Source: Planctomycetota bacterium (GTDB taxonomy: Bacteria; Planctomycetota; UBA11346). Taken from it: 30,626 bases of DNA. The first letter of the stretch is position 1. Each line of letters opens with the position of its first letter. The position numbers were made by a program, and so were the translations under genes. The notes beneath the pieces were generated by a model, which saw only the letters and a list, made by a program, of their open reading frames with translations, ran no database searches and had not been told where the DNA came from. The DNA is taken from positions 1 through 30,626 of the forward strand of contig SLQH01000477.1 of the NCBI GenBank assembly GCA_007131555.1, written 5' to 3'. This document shows, piece after piece, positions 1 through 7,510 of this stretch.

Positions 1-1
1 C

Positions 2-150
2 TACGCTTGATGCTCTGTTTGTCAGAAATCCATATCACGTATTGCGTCTTTTTACGTCTGGCCTGATTTCAGCACGAAGAGCACGAAGTACACGAAGAAA
101 GACTGTTTCCATTCAGTCCGTTCGGCTTTTCGTGGTTGCTGAACACCATT
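2..150. repeat. Dispersed ~150-bp repeat, copy A, with 3 internal 9-bp units; probably cut by the window edge
   Basis: Aligns to 2688-2863 with 13 substitutions by hand count; copy B has an extra 27 bp. Units AGCACGAAG-AGCACGAAG-TACACGAAG are followed by AAAG. Confidence 0.95.
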
Positions 151-154
151 ACTG

Positions 155-934
155 TCAGCGGGCTCCTTCTTCAATACGGGCGATCAGGGCGGCATCGATG
201 ACCTCACGACCGCCGCCGTCACGATGCTCAATGACGACACTGGTCAATTGACCATCAAGGTCAATGCGGCGGGTGATGACATGGCATAACATGGTGCCGC
301 CGTTGGTGAAGATGATGCGGTCAAGAGGGCGCTGCTTGGCCGTTTGGTCGCTGGTGCCTGCATCATCATCATCGTTGTCTGCGCTCTTATCCTGGTCCAC
401 GTCCTCATCACTGTCTGGGTCATCATCGTCCTGATCATGGCCGTTGTCCTCAGCAGATTTCTCAGCAGCGTCGTTTTGGGCCTCCTGCAAGGCCTTTTCA
501 GCGGCAGCTTGGGCTTCGGCCACGGCCTGTTGTAATTCAGCCATGCGTCGTTTTTCTGCCTGCTCCTGGCGCCAGGCGGCGACCCATTGCGCCCAGGCTT
601 GCGGCGAGTTGTGCTCGGGATGTTCTGGGTAGCCGCTGCCGATCTGGCCTCGAGAATCGGGCCTGCTGCGGGCGCTGACACCTGAGATGGTGGCCAGAGC
701 GGCGTAGGCATGGCGGCGGGTTTGACGGTCCTCGGTTGCTTGCAACAGGAGGGTGTAGGCCTGATCACGATCAGGCAGACTGGTCAACGCCGCGACCGCG
801 GCCTGCTTGCGTTGGGCATTTTGGGTGGTCATGGCCTCACGGAACTGGGTCACGACATCATCATCGTCAGCCAGGGATGAGGCCATGCCAAGGCCGAGTA
901 GCAGCACGACAGCGATGATACGAGAGATGTTCAT
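155..934 (-). CDS. Hypothetical secreted protein with Ala/Gln-rich helical region and Asp-rich linker
   Basis: 259-aa ORF with signal-peptide-like N-terminus (MNISRIIAVVLLLGLGMASSLA). ATGA overlap with the upstream DJ-1 gene at 931-934. Confidence 0.75.
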   Translation of the reverse strand: MNISRIIAVVLLLGLGMASSLADDDDVVTQFREAMTTQNAQRKQAAVAALTSLPDRDQAYTLLLQATEDRQTRRHAYAALATISGVSARSRPDSRGQIGSGYPEHPEHNSPQAWAQWVAAWRQEQAEKRRMAELQQAVAEAQAAAEKALQEAQNDAAEKSAEDNGHDQDDDDPDSDEDVDQDKSADNDDDDAGTSDQTAKQRPLDRIIFTNGGTMLCHVITRRIDLDGQLTSVVIEHRDGGGREVIDAALIARIEEGAR

Positions 935-1503
935 GACGGGCTCCCGAGGGGGGTATAGGTGGTCAGCAGGGCGCTGGCGACCTCGCTGGCGACCTGCGTC
1001 GACACCAGGGCTGCGACCAGGTGCAGACCAAGGTCAATGGCCGTGCCGGGTCCCTGGCTGGTGATCAGGGGTCGATCAATGACCACGGGGGCGTCGATCC
1101 ATTGTCCCTGATCGGCGAAGCGCTTGCTCAACGATGGATAGCTGGTCAGGCGACGATTGGCGGCCAGGCCACGTGGCAAGAGGGCCAGCGGACTGGCGCA
1201 GATGATGGCCAACCAGCGTTCGGCCATCAATTGGGCGGAGATGAGGTCTTGGATGCGTTCATCCTGGCTGTGGTATTCCGCGGCGGGCATGCCGCCCGGC
1301 AGGAATATGGCATCGGCGGTGCTGCTGAGGCACTCGTCCAGCAGGAGGTCGCCAGCCATCGGCAGGTTGCGACTGCCCCGCTGGACGAGGCTGTCGGTCA
1401 TGGCCAGAGAGACCGTACATCCGCCCCTGACCAGGATATCGGCCACGGCCATGGTCTCGATCTCTTCCGCGCCGGGCGGTACGATGACGAGTACATCAGG
1501 CAT
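931..1503 (-). CDS. yajL: DJ-1/PfpI family protein (YajL/ThiJ-like)
   Basis: Motifs GAEEIE, FLPGG, AIICASP (nucleophile Cys) and TSQGPGT. Start moved to ATG 1503 (MPDVLVIV), which has an AGGGGA SD. Confidence 0.9.
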   Translation of the reverse strand: MPDVLVIVPPGAEEIETMAVADILVRGGCTVSLAMTDSLVQRGSRNLPMAGDLLLDECLSSTADAIFLPGGMPAAEYHSQDERIQDLISAQLMAERWLAIICASPLALLPRGLAANRRLTSYPSLSKRFADQGQWIDAPVVIDRPLITSQGPGTAIDLGLHLVAALVSTQVASEVASALLTTYTPLGSPS

Positions 1504-1671
1504 GGTGATTGATCCCCTGGTATGCAGCTGATCCGGCATGATGAGAGGTCTGGCATCGTCGCTTGTCAATGGCCAACATCATTCATTATCAAACACCATG
1601 GTTCGGATGCAAGCGGCGGGGTAGAGGCCAGCACAGTGGATATGGGCGCCGAGTGGCGTATCATCATACAT

Positions 1672-1738
1672 GGCGATGCCCTGGGCCATGATGGGTTCCA
1701 CCCAGCTTGGTGATCGCTCGTCATCAAGGGCCATCGCC
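1672..1738 (+). other. Imperfect 67-nt stem-loop upstream of the LolA-like gene
   Basis: Nested pairings 1672-1678/1732-1738, 1679-1682/1727-1730, 1688-1695/1717-1724 and 1699-1702/1709-1712. Confidence 0.5.
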
Positions 1739-1766
1739 TGGCGTCAAGACTGGACCGGAGACAGGT

Positions 1767-2555
1767 ATGCATATGCAGCAGTTGGTCGTGTTGATGTTGG
1801 TCATGGTCTGGGCCGCGCTAGGCGGGGCCGAAGAGGCTGCCCAGGAGGCCGAGGTCCAAGTGGAAGAGGCTGGCGCAGATGAAGCGACCCCGCCGCAGGA
1901 GGCAGAAGACGGCCTCTTGACCCGCATTGCTGCGGCCCATCAAGAACGGACCAGGGTCCAGGGACGTCTGCTGCAACGCATGCTGCGCGCTGATGACCCC
2001 ATGCGGCAGGTCACCGAGTACACGGTGGCCTTCCATCTCAGGGCTCCAGATCACTACCATCTGCGCCTCCAGCCGGTTGAGGATCAGGAGAGCACTGAGT
2101 GGTTCCTGAGCAATGGCGCATACAGTTGGCATGCGGTCCAGGATTTTTCTGATGAACCGCCTCTGGTGACCAAGAAGGCCATTGAACGAGACGAGGAGAG
2201 TCGCGACGCCTTTGCCCGCATCAGCGACTTCTTTCGTATGGAACTCGACGGTCTGCGCGAAGATTTCCGCATACAGGCAATCGATGTCGAGACCAGCCCT
2301 GAGGACGACGAGGATCGTCCTGAGCTATTGGTCGATACGGCTCGCTACCTGGTCCTGCTGACGGCGCGGCGGCGGGAGTTGCAGGAGCATGTCGACAAGG
2401 TGTTCATCGAACTTGATCAGGATTTTGGAACCGTGGCTCTGCGGGTGATCGATGGTAGTGGCAACACCCGCGAGTTCCTTGTCCAGGACATCAGCTATCC
2501 TGATGAGATCGACAAGAAGCTCTTTGTGTGGCCGGAGCCGCGCACCTCCGAGTGA
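1767..2555 (+). CDS. LolA-like outer-membrane lipoprotein carrier fold protein
   Basis: Signal peptide, acidic linker, then a beta-rich pattern (FHLRAPDHY, WFLSNG, VIDGSGNTREFLVQDISY...KLFVWPEP) resembling LolA. GGAG SD before ATG 1767. Confidence 0.65.
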   Translation: MHMQQLVVLMLVMVWAALGGAEEAAQEAEVQVEEAGADEATPPQEAEDGLLTRIAAAHQERTRVQGRLLQRMLRADDPMRQVTEYTVAFHLRAPDHYHLRLQPVEDQESTEWFLSNGAYSWHAVQDFSDEPPLVTKKAIERDEESRDAFARISDFFRMELDGLREDFRIQAIDVETSPEDDEDRPELLVDTARYLVLLTARRRELQEHVDKVFIELDQDFGTVALRVIDGSGNTREFLVQDISYPDEIDKKLFVWPEPRTSE

Positions 2556-2647
2556 GTGTGCGCTAGGAGCAATGGTGTGAGGCAACAGCGTCACAATACC
2601 AGATCCTTCTGGCCTGATCAGACCCAGATAGTTGTCTTCATGGATTC

Positions 2648-2674
2648 CTTCGTGATCTTCGTGTCCTTCGTGGT
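2648..2674 (-). repeat. Three inverted 9-bp units CTTCGTGAT-CTTCGTGTC-CTTCGTGGT
   Basis: Reverse complement is ACCACGAAG-GACACGAAG-ATCACGAAG, the same unit as 2757-2810. Confidence 0.9.
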
Positions 2675-2687
2675 CAAAAAATGTTCT

Positions 2688-2863
2688 TACGCTTGATGCC
2701 CTGTTTGTCAGGAATCCATATCACGCATTGCGTCTCTTTACGTCTGATCTGATTTCACCACGAAGAGCACGAAGTACACGAAGTACACGAAGTACACGAA
2801 GTACACGAAGAAAGAGTGTTTCTGTTCAGTCCGTTCCGCTTTTCGTGGTTACAGAACACCATT
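2688..2863. repeat. Dispersed repeat copy B with 6 internal 9-bp units (2757-2810)
   Basis: Direct copy of 2-150. Units ACCACGAAG, AGCACGAAG and 4x TACACGAAG, then AAAG. Confidence 0.95.
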
Positions 2864-2889
2864 GGCGCTAAGAGTCTGTCCTGTCTGAA

Positions 2890-3049
2890 CCTAAATCCGG
2901 CTGTCGGCTTGCGGCTGTAGGGCTACTTTACAAGGCGATATCGCCGGATTCAGGCTGTCACTCAGAAGGTGAACCGGTTCTGAGTGCGCATATCCGCTTG
3001 AATGGCAACCCTACAGCCTAAAGTCCAGAACCTAACTGCCGTTTTTAGG
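2890..3049. mobile_element. MITE-like 160-bp foldback element
   Basis: Terminal inverted repeats CCTAAATCCGGCTGT / CCTAAAAACGGCAGT (12/15) and flanking direct repeat CTGAA (2885-2889, 3050-3054). Inner inverted repeats at 2913-2922/3009-3018 and 2959-2967/2978-2986. Confidence 0.6.
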
Positions 3050-3075
3050 CTGAACCCTGCTTGCGGGAATACGTC

Positions 3076-4101
3076 ATGTCTCTGACCTTCGCCGACGCCC
3101 GAGTCGCCCTTGTCGCACCGGGAGGTCTTGATGAACAGTCCACCGTCGCCCTGATCGACCTGCTGCTCTCAGGCAGCCTGGCCCCTGAAGAGGGGGCCGA
3201 CCTGCTGGTCACCTGGGCCCAGCGGGGCGAGACCGGAGCCGAGTTGGCGGCGGTGGTCCGGGCCCTGCGGGCCCGGGCGGTGCCGGTGGCCTTGACCCGC
3301 TCCAGCGTCGATGTGGTCGGTACGGGGGGGGTCGAGGGCAGCCGCTTCAATGTCAGCACCACCGTGGCCTTCGTCCTGGCCAGCGCCGGCGTGGCTGTGG
3401 CCAAGCATGGCAACCGGGGTTCGCGCAGTCCCAACGGCAGTTTCGACTTCCTGGAGGCCCTGGGCATCCCCATCGACTTGCCGCCAGCAGCCCTGACCAC
3501 CCTGCATCAGGATCATGGCCTGTGCTTCCTGTTCGCCCGGGCCCTGCATCCGGCCATGGCAGCGGCCGTACCCTACCGCAAGCTGGCCGCCCGACGGACC
3601 ATCTTCAACCTCGCCGGGCCCTTGGCCAACCCGGCCCCGGTCGACCATCTGCTCATCGGGGCCGTCGATCAGCGCAGCGCCCTGGTGCTGGCCCAGGCTC
3701 TGCGCCTGCTGGGTGACGGCCGGGCCCTGGTGGTCTGTGGCGAACCGGGCATCGACGAGGTCTCGATCAGCGGCCCGACCCATACCTGGAATGTCACCGC
3801 CCAGGACATCAACCAGGGGATCCTGACCCCAGCCCCGCAATCAGTGGTCGACCGCGCCCTGCTGCCCGGTGGGGATGCCACCACCAACGCCGCCCTGTTC
3901 GCCCGCCTGATCGCCGGTGATCCCTGTGACGGCCTGGCCGAGATGGTCCAGGTCAACGCCGGTTTGGTCTTCGACCTCCTCGACGGTCAGCCCCCCGTCT
4001 ACCATGGCCCTGGTTACCATCGTGCCGCCCAACGGCTGGCCGATGGCCGCGTGGCCCGCTTCTTCACTGCCTATCAGGCGGCGGCAGTGGGGCTTGCCTG
4101 A
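3076..4101 (+). CDS. trpD: Anthranilate phosphoribosyltransferase
   Basis: Motifs DVVGTGG, FNVST, KHGNR, RTIFNLAGPLANP and GIDEVS. Confidence 0.95.
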   Translation: MSLTFADARVALVAPGGLDEQSTVALIDLLLSGSLAPEEGADLLVTWAQRGETGAELAAVVRALRARAVPVALTRSSVDVVGTGGVEGSRFNVSTTVAFVLASAGVAVAKHGNRGSRSPNGSFDFLEALGIPIDLPPAALTTLHQDHGLCFLFARALHPAMAAAVPYRKLAARRTIFNLAGPLANPAPVDHLLIGAVDQRSALVLAQALRLLGDGRALVVCGEPGIDEVSISGPTHTWNVTAQDINQGILTPAPQSVVDRALLPGGDATTNAALFARLIAGDPCDGLAEMVQVNAGLVFDLLDGQPPVYHGPGYHRAAQRLADGRVARFFTAYQAAAVGLA

Positions 4102-4121
4102 GGTCTTGCCAGGACTATCAT
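4094..4121 (+). promoter_or_regulatory. Putative sigma70 promoter TTGCCT-N16-TATCAT for the POTRA-domain gene
   Basis: Near-consensus hexamers overlapping the trpD stop codon. Confidence 0.4.
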
Positions 4122-4196
4122 CACTTTTCTCAATTTATCTTCCATTCCGGCCTGAGTTCATCGGGTCAATGCTGATCATTGGCTAAGGATTCTGTG

Positions 4197-6656
4197 ATGC
4201 ATGCAGGGCGCTTGCTATGTGCTGTCTTGGCAGTGGTTGCGTGGATGACTCATGCGGTGATGGCAGAGGAGGATGACGGGCCCTGGTCCGAGGATCAGTT
4301 CATCAAGAAGACCTTCAATATCAATCGGGTATTGTTCAAGGGCAACGAAGCCTTTACTGATGCCAAGATGCGAGCCTCTCTGGCCCATCATCCAGATGTC
4401 CGTAGCGCCATGCATGCATTTTCAGGAGTGGATTTCCGTCGGGCCCTGAAAACCGGCATCACTTTGGGATACCTGGCATCTGGTTTTCCTGAGGTGCAGG
4501 TCCGTTTCTCACTGATAGACCAAGATGGTTTGCCGTATCTCTGCTTTTCGGTTACTGAGGGGCCGCGCTATAATCTGCGTTCGCTGGAGGTTGTCGACAG
4601 CCCGCCGGATTATCCTCCTGAACTGATCAAAGCCCTGTTGACCCAACCGCTCATCGACCATGCTCCACAACAGCCAGATGATCCGCGCCAACCAAGCCAT
4701 GATCCGCTGTTGACCATTGGTGGCCATGCCCGCTGTGACATCATGTGGCCCAAGCGGGCTGCGCAGATCATCAATCGGTGGATAGCCCGGTATCATCCTG
4801 ACGGTCATGTGCCGATGCAGATACGGACGCATGCCTTTGTTGTCAATCCATATGAGATGCGTCAGTTGGTGCGGGTGCTGCCGGATACCGAGCTGCCGAT
4901 CATTCGTGCTATTCGATGCGAGGGCGACCTGCATCAGGTCCCCGAGGCCATCACCGGGTGGCTGGCGAGCGAAACAGGTCTGGATGTCGGAGTTCCCGCC
5001 TCATGTCTGATCAAGTATCGGGTGCGGCGGATCTTGCGGGATTCAGGGTGTTTTGTTCGCTGGGACATGGTGTTTGAACCTGATCCTCAGGATTCCCAGC
5101 AGGTGACTGTTGTTCTGCATCTTGATCAGCATGCCACCCTCCCCCTGGCTGGAGCAGCGCTGACTGTGATACAAGAAGACATGAAACGCCTCCACGATCG
5201 TCTTCATCAGGACTTGTCCGGACAGGATGCAGGTTTTGTGTTGACCTTTGCCCCCGATGACACCGACTTCGTGGTGGACATGGCCTTCTGGCCTGGTCAG
5301 GGTGTTTTCTTGGGCCTCAAGCAGGATGAGGGCACTGCAGACTACGATCTGTCGTTACTGCTGACGGCTGATCAGACCGTGTGGTCATCAGCCCGGAGGG
5401 CAGTCCGGTACCGGTTGGCGCGAACAGACCAGTATGGCATGAATGTGACGGTGTCGCTGAAACCATTGTCCTCATCACCTGACGTACCAGAACACCCCCT
5501 TCAAGAGGCTGACGATAGTCTGCCCGCTCCACCCTTTAGCATATTTTTCGGTTACGGAGCCTCAAGCGGGTCACGAGGACTCAGCGTGGATTTTCGGTCC
5601 ACCCCCATGCCGTTTCTGTCATTGGCAACATATGCTGCAGAACGCACGGAGCGTGATGATGGCACCGTGCGCCTGCTGTTTGCCAATCAGGCTGAGGTGC
5701 TGTTTGATCAGGAATACCGCCTCCTCCATGCTTCAGTCACCCTCCCCGAAATGGTAGCACTTGTCATGCGTCGTGCTTCGGGTCGTTTCATGGAACTCCA
5801 GGATCAGGGTACTGACCAAGTCGATGATGGTTGGCAAATCCAGCAGGTTGACGGATTGTTGTCTCTTGTGCAGATCATGGCGACAGACCTTGAGCCGTTG
5901 CTCAGTCTCCTTTCCCCAGCAGGTCAAAGCTCTTTTTTTGGGGACTTGGGTCCTGTTTTTGCTGAAAAGATGCGTGGTGTCACGGCGCTCTTGAGGGCCA
6001 TGGAGTCGGCGGTGAGTGATGTGCTGTCAGCGGTTGCGGGAGACGCATTCAGCATACCTGAACTTCCTTCCGATGAGATCAATGCTGCTGCCATGATGCT
6101 GGCTCATCTCGCAGCAAGCGCGCAGGAGTTCATGGCCCATGATGCCTGGCCGGTCGTCATCCTGTCTGAGGCCAGTCGTTATGTTGAGGGCGTATCAACG
6201 CATGGTCAGCTTACCGTGCGCAAACTGATGCATGATGACCGGATCGGCCCCTTGGGGTACTTCTGTGCTGCGGTCTTGTTGGATTGGATCCATGTTCACG
6301 ACACCGCCCGGATATTTGCAGAGAAGGCCCTGCAGACCAATAGTGCCGAGGCTGTCCTGCGGGAGTTGACTCTGCTTCTGGGCGACCCGCAGCCCTTGGT
6401 GAGCGTCTTCAGCGTCATCAATGCCGAGGACTTCTCCTTGCTGTTGCCGGTCTCAGACCGTTCTGCGGTGATTGCCGCGATCCGTTCCTTGCAGGCCGCA
6501 CCCGAAGACCAGGACCGTTCAGTTCTGTTGCCGGCTATTTTTGACGCCATCTGGCCGCACGAGATGCAGGCGCTGTTCCGCTATGCAATTGAGGCCCTGG
6601 TGCCTGAGCGTGATCTGGAAGGGCCGACGATATTGCAGCAGCCCAAAGGGATGTAG
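4197..6656 (+). CDS. Large secreted hypothetical protein with N-terminal POTRA-like domain(s)
   Basis: Signal peptide, then INRVLFKGNEAFTD...GYLASGFPEVQV...FSVTEGPRY, resembling BamA/TamA POTRA repeats. No recognisable C-terminal beta-barrel. TAAGGA SD before ATG 4197. Confidence 0.6.
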   Translation: MHAGRLLCAVLAVVAWMTHAVMAEEDDGPWSEDQFIKKTFNINRVLFKGNEAFTDAKMRASLAHHPDVRSAMHAFSGVDFRRALKTGITLGYLASGFPEVQVRFSLIDQDGLPYLCFSVTEGPRYNLRSLEVVDSPPDYPPELIKALLTQPLIDHAPQQPDDPRQPSHDPLLTIGGHARCDIMWPKRAAQIINRWIARYHPDGHVPMQIRTHAFVVNPYEMRQLVRVLPDTELPIIRAIRCEGDLHQVPEAITGWLASETGLDVGVPASCLIKYRVRRILRDSGCFVRWDMVFEPDPQDSQQVTVVLHLDQHATLPLAGAALTVIQEDMKRLHDRLHQDLSGQDAGFVLTFAPDDTDFVVDMAFWPGQGVFLGLKQDEGTADYDLSLLLTADQTVWSSARRAVRYRLARTDQYGMNVTVSLKPLSSSPDVPEHPLQEADDSLPAPPFSIFFGYGASSGSRGLSVDFRSTPMPFLSLATYAAERTERDDGTVRLLFANQAEVLFDQEYRLLHASVTLPEMVALVMRRASGRFMELQDQGTDQVDDGWQIQQVDGLLSLVQIMATDLEPLLSLLSPAGQSSFFGDLGPVFAEKMRGVTALLRAMESAVSDVLSAVAGDAFSIPELPSDEINAAAMMLAHLAASAQEFMAHDAWPVVILSEASRYVEGVSTHGQLTVRKLMHDDRIGPLGYFCAAVLLDWIHVHDTARIFAEKALQTNSAEAVLRELTLLLGDPQPLVSVFSVINAEDFSLLLPVSDRSAVIAAIRSLQAAPEDQDRSVLLPAIFDAIWPHEMQALFRYAIEALVPERDLEGPTILQQPKGM

Positions 6657-6666
6657 CGGCTGGCTG

Positions 6667-7164
6667 CTACCCACGCCGCGCCCGTCGGGCGATATCGCGT
6701 TGGGCGTCGCGTTCGCGTTCGCGGTTGCGCAGGGCCTCGCGCTTGTCGCCCTTGCGGCGGCCCCTGACCAGGCACAGTTCGATCTTGGCCCAGCCCTTGC
6801 GGAAGTAGATCGACGCTGGCACCAGGGCCAGGCCCTTGGTGCGCAGACTGCCGGCCAGGCGGACCAGTTGGCGCTGATGCAGTAGCAGCTTGCGGGTGGC
6901 TAGCGGCTCATGGTTGAAGATGCCGGCGGCCTGACGGTAGGGGGCGATGTTGAGCCCATGCAGCCATAGCTCGCCGCGCTCGTCGAGGCGGGCATGGGCA
7001 TCAGCCCATTGGCCACCGTGGTCACGCAGGCTCTTGACCTCGGTCCCGGTCAGCACCATGCCGGCCTCGAAGCGTTCGAGGATCTCGAAGTCATGGCTGA
7101 CGCGTCGGTTGCGCATCACCATCAGGATGTCGTCGGGCGCTTTCTTGCCAGGACCGTGTGCCAT
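6667..7164 (-). CDS. smpB: SsrA-binding protein SmpB
   Basis: Motifs NRRVSHDF, EAGMVLTGTEVKSLR, RKLLLH, YFRKGWAKIEL and basic tail RKGDKRE. Start moved to ATG 7164. Confidence 0.97.
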   Translation of the reverse strand: MAHGPGKKAPDDILMVMRNRRVSHDFEILERFEAGMVLTGTEVKSLRDHGGQWADAHARLDERGELWLHGLNIAPYRQAAGIFNHEPLATRKLLLHQRQLVRLAGSLRTKGLALVPASIYFRKGWAKIELCLVRGRRKGDKREALRNRERERDAQRDIARRARRG

Positions 7165-7231
7165 GGTCAGGAGCATACAGCCCGGATCGCCCAGCCAAGG
7201 CCCGGAGCCCGGCGGCGCCGGGGCTGTGGTG

Positions 7232-7252
7232 GTAGCGCCGGCTTTAGCCGGC
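7232..7252 (+). repeat. GTAG-type REP-like palindrome
   Basis: GTAGCGCCGGCTTTAGCCGGC, identical to 7368-7388. Confidence 0.75.
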
Positions 7253-7322
7253 ATGGACGGCGGTCTTTAGTCTGCCGATTGGGCATTGGCCGTTTTTGAC
7301 CGTGATGGTTCTAGTCAACCCA

Positions 7323-7440
7323 TGTGAGCACACGATTATATGCGCAGATATGTGAAGCCGCTCTTTCGTAGCGCCGGCTTTAGCCGGCGCTACGTGTGAG
7401 CGGCAAACCGCACATCGGCTGTTGTCGTGTTGTGCGCACA
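7323..7440. repeat. 118-nt foldback with a REP palindrome at its apex
   Basis: Perfect 13-bp stem 7367-7379/7382-7394. Outer stems at 7357-7363/7398-7404, 7350-7354/7411-7415, 7332-7336/7424-7428, 7328-7331/7432-7435 and 7323-7326/7437-7440. Confidence 0.75.
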
Positions 7441-7510
7441 GACAACCAGGGTTGCGGGCCATGGTCCGTCTCAGCCGCCTTGAACGACAGCCCTCCCGCC
7501 TGATGTCGCC

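Noticed and set aside
1672-1738. Fluoride riboswitch (GGCGATGG on the minus strand)
   Set aside because: Not followed by the GTTCGCC pairing segment or the conserved 3' CTGATG..CCT motif.
2757-2810. CRISPR array
   Set aside because: Units are 9 bp and contiguous, with no unique spacers and no cas genes in the window.
2864-3075. T-box riboswitch or Trp attenuator upstream of trpD
   Set aside because: No T-box GGTGGnACCGCG-like motif and no leader peptide with Trp codons. The structure is better explained by terminal inverted repeats plus target duplication.
7165-7510. tmRNA (ssrA) beside smpB
   Set aside because: No tRNA-like 5' GGGG.. end, T-loop or 3' CCA acceptor arrangement. The structure present is a REP-type foldback.
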